Positions 61,101 through 64,000 of a stretch of 64,000 nt of DNA are shown here, piece by piece; position 1 is the first letter of the stretch; each line of letters starts with the position of its first letter. Made by a program: the position numbers and the translations under genes. The notes below the pieces were generated by a model. It did no database searches. It was not told the DNA's origin and was given only the letters and a program-made list of their open reading frames with translations. The stretch covers positions 50,902,001-50,966,000 of the forward strand of contig NC_135659.1 in NCBI RefSeq assembly GCF_964188315.1, given 5' to 3'. This DNA is from Podarcis muralis (lineage: Eukaryota).

Positions 61101-63003
61101 CTTCTAGAATGGAAAATGGTGTGCTGGGAAATGCCTTGGAAGGAGTGCAGGTGGAAGAAGAGGAAGAAAAAACAGAAGACTCAATGGTAGAAAGTGCTGA
61201 TAATATAGATGGTATGTAGTGCTGTCTTAACTCATGATAGAGATGCCAAGCTGTGTGTGTTCCAAGTGGATACTAGACAAGGGTCACTTTATTATTATCA
61301 AGTTGTTTGAATCTTAAACCGCAACTAAAAAGACTCTCTAAAAGTCTTTTTAATGATAAAATTGACCAAAAACTTGTTTAAAAAGCATAAAACCTGCCTT
61401 TTAACAAGGCCAGTGCGTCTACAAACCTATAGATTAAAGCATTGTTTTGAACCATGTGGGCCTAACTTTGTTTCTTAGTAAAGCATTGGTTTCTATGCTT
61501 CAAGATCTTAAGGACAGTCAGCTAATTGTTTCTAGAACCATGAACTAATTGGGCAAAGGTTCTGTGAACAAACTGAATAGTAACTCCCAGTATTACTGCT
61601 TATTGCAAAACTAGTGTATAGCACATTGTGGCCTAGATCATTTGGGCAGTGGCATCTAATAAGGTTTGATGCTGTGAAGATCATGTTGTGACAATAGGCC
61701 ACGTTCACTTAAGAAAGTGGATAGTTTGTCTAATTTTCAATATTTGCCCTGTGCCTCAGTTTATAGCATCTTCCTCTGCAATCCAGTGCAATGTCTTGTC
61801 TAGACAAAGCTTGGCATCTCTTGCTTGGCTGTTACTATGCTGGCATACAACTCATTGCTTAAGCGCAACTCCTTGCAAGCCCTGTTATGGAAGGCACTTG
61901 TTCTCAGTTTAAGGGTCCAAAAGGATTGTATTGATTGCTGTAACTTTGAAGCAAGACATCAGTGGGATGGAGGGTGGGATGTGAAGATCATGAATGTTTA
62001 TCACTAAATTCGAAGATTTGTTTGTGCTTGATCTTCCTTAAACATGTAGAAGAAGCAAGGGAGGAATTAAGAGAGCAGGTATATAATGCCATGGGGGAAA
62101 AAGATGAATCCAGAAAAAATCCTGAAGAGTCTTTGATGCATACAGGAGTGGAGATGCAGCTGAAGGATGTTGAAATGGAAGAAGTTGAGGAAGAAGTAGC
62201 AGCTAAGGAAGAAAAAGAAAAAGCAGCAGCTCTGGGTGGAGAAGATATCACTGTTGTGGAGAAAAAGGAAGAGCAAGAGAAGGCAGAAAAGCAGGTAGAG
62301 GCAGCTATGGAAGAACAAAAGGTCAATGAAGTAACTACTGAGGTAGCATTAGAAGATGGTGCTGCTAGGGAAGAGAAGCCAGTGGATGCAGAAGGGACAG
62401 CTGGAGAAGATAAGCCAGTGGTGGTAGAAGAGGCTAGGGAAGATGCTGCTGTACAAAGAGTGGTGGTTTCAGAAGATGCAGCTGTGAAAGTTAATCCAGT
62501 AATAGAAGAGGCTGCAGAAGCAGCTGGGGGAGATACTACTTTAGAAAAAGAAGTGGCTGCAGGGGAAGCACCTGGGAAAGAGAAGGTAGTTGAGATAGCA
62601 GCTCAAGAGAGGAGAGAAGAGGAGGTAGAAAAGCAGGCAGACACAATTGTAGAAAAGAATCCAATAGTAGAGGAATTGGTAAAAGCTTCAGGTGAGTTAG
62701 AGAGAGAATTCATGACAGCTGTTGAGAAAGTTGAAGGCCAGGCAGAAAAAGCAGAAGAACAGCCAGCCAAAGCTACTGCTGAAAAGACAGAGGACATGAA
62801 GCCTGCCACAGAACAGGTGGTGGTGAACTTGAAAGAGAAGGAAGAAACATTGGATTCAAGAGAAGGAGAACCTTCAGCTCCAAATGAAACTACTCCTTCA
62901 GGGAGCATCAAGCAGTCACATGAAATACAACCAGAAGAAAAAGCTGAAGTTCCTAAGGTAGAGAAGGAAGAAGAAAAGGATGACGAGATGGGAGAGGGCG
63001 AAG
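58160..63003 (+). CDS. NASP: Nuclear autoantigenic sperm protein (histone chaperone), 5' part; continues beyond the window
   Basis: Exons 58160-58209 ([17 protein letters not shown]), 58660-58770 ([36 protein letters not shown]), 60662-60742 ([25 protein letters not shown]), 61108-61211 ([13 protein letters not shown]) and 62050-63003 ([12 protein letters not shown]..., Glu-rich). All GT-AG and in frame. Confidence 0.95.
58434..58630 (-). mobile_element. Penelope-like element remnant (inverted pLTR fragments)
   Basis: GTAGCACCTTAGAGACCAACTAA and GAAAGCTCATACC motifs in inverted arrangement. The minus strand begins CAGGTAGGTAGCCGTGTTGGTCTGCCGTAGTCG. Confidence 0.75.
58472..58511 (-). ncRNA. 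Minimal type I hammerhead ribozyme
   Basis: Minus strand reads GGUAU-CUGAAGA-A-GUGUGC/GCACAC-GAAA-GCU-C-AUACC: stem I GGUAU/AUACC, conserved core, stem II, palindromic AGCU stem III, CUC cleavage triplet. Confidence 0.75.
59059..59200. mobile_element. Partial Tigger-like MITE
   Basis: CAGTGGACCCTCGGGTTACG resembles the TIR of the 3426 family. No matching right end found. Confidence 0.45.
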
Positions 63004-64000
63004 GTAACAGGGATAGAAGACACTTGTGGGTGGATCTATTTAGAGAGCTAACCCTTAGTAACTCTAATCCATTCAGAATTCTCTGTGCCACAGGGATGAA
63101 TCCACCCAAGGAGAATTTTGAAGCTGCAAGGAACAGTTGAATTGAAACAAAACTAACAAGTTGAGCAATAAATTATTGGCTTTTGGGGGGACTGGCTTGC
63201 ATGAGCAGCAAATATAGAAAGCAATGGCTCATAGAGAACACTGAATGGATGTTCACTGCATGTTTTTATGTTAATGCAAGATTAACTCTGAACAATTAAA
63301 AGCATAGTACTAGAATATATATTGACAACAAGATCCACAAAAATACAGCAACACAAAGGTGCTGGCTTATGGACCTGTATTAAACATCCTAAAACCTATC
63401 ATGCTTTCAGGCCTATAACTAGAAACAAGTGCAGGTAATAGACATCACAGCTTTCATGTCCTGCTTCTCTTGCTTTAGCATTGCTGTTTAACTACCTTAT
63501 AATACCTTGAAAATGTTTGTTTACAAGTGAGATTCTAAGTAGTGAAATAGTTGTAAAGCTGAAAAACCTTCGCATAATACAGCTGTTTAACAAGTATTTA
63601 GTCACTTTGTGTTCCTATTTGAAAAAAGTGACTAATAAGTGCAATAAATAATAGGGACACAGTCCAGTGGCAAGTTTGTTCTGGCAACTAGAGCCTTGTC
63701 CTATGCATTTCTAGTCCAAGAGTAGCTTAAAAGCATGACCCTCCAGATACTGCTGAACTAAAACTCCATAATCCCTAATTATTTTGCCCACGTTGGCTGG
63801 AGCTGGTGGGAGTTGTGGTTTAGCAACATCTAGAATACAAGATAGCCATCCCTGTTCTAGTTTGAAGTCCAGTGTTTACAGCAATACTTTTTTCCTTGGC
63901 TTCTGTAGTAGTTGTTACGTGAAGGCTGTTGAGCATAAGGCAGTTTGAGATTGTGCTTGCTGGGCATCTGGATTACTGAATAGCTGGTAGGAGGTCAGAT

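Noticed and set aside
61962-63140. 392-aa standalone intronless gene
   Set aside because: It is NASP exon 62050-63003 read through flanking intron sequence. The overlapping minus-strand Ser/Phe-rich ORFs are antisense shadows.

Overview
Vertebrate genomic DNA, most likely from a squamate (lacertid-type) lizard, judging by Sauria SINEs, a tRNA-Lys-derived SINE and reptile-type MITEs. Gene order: HPDL (-, single coding exon); SELENOP2/selenoprotein Pb (+, 4 coding exons, in-frame UGA in a UQFC motif and a form-2 SECIS at ~14390-14458); a heavily decayed tandem SELENOP2 duplicate (+, ~15690-19770, spanning a 145-N assembly gap); PRDX1 (-, complete); AKR1A1 (+, complete); and the 5' part of NASP (+). 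The most notable signals missed by the ORF track are the UGA/SECIS recoding system, its pseudogenised neighbour, a Penelope-derived hairpin with an intact minimal hammerhead ribozyme in NASP intron 2, repeated Nrf2/ARE motifs at the divergent PRDX1 and AKR1A1 promoters, and a gene order/orientation different from human 1p34.1. Exon boundaries were worked out by hand from GT-AG sites and reading-frame continuity. Gene names rest on recalled vertebrate protein sequences; no database search was run.
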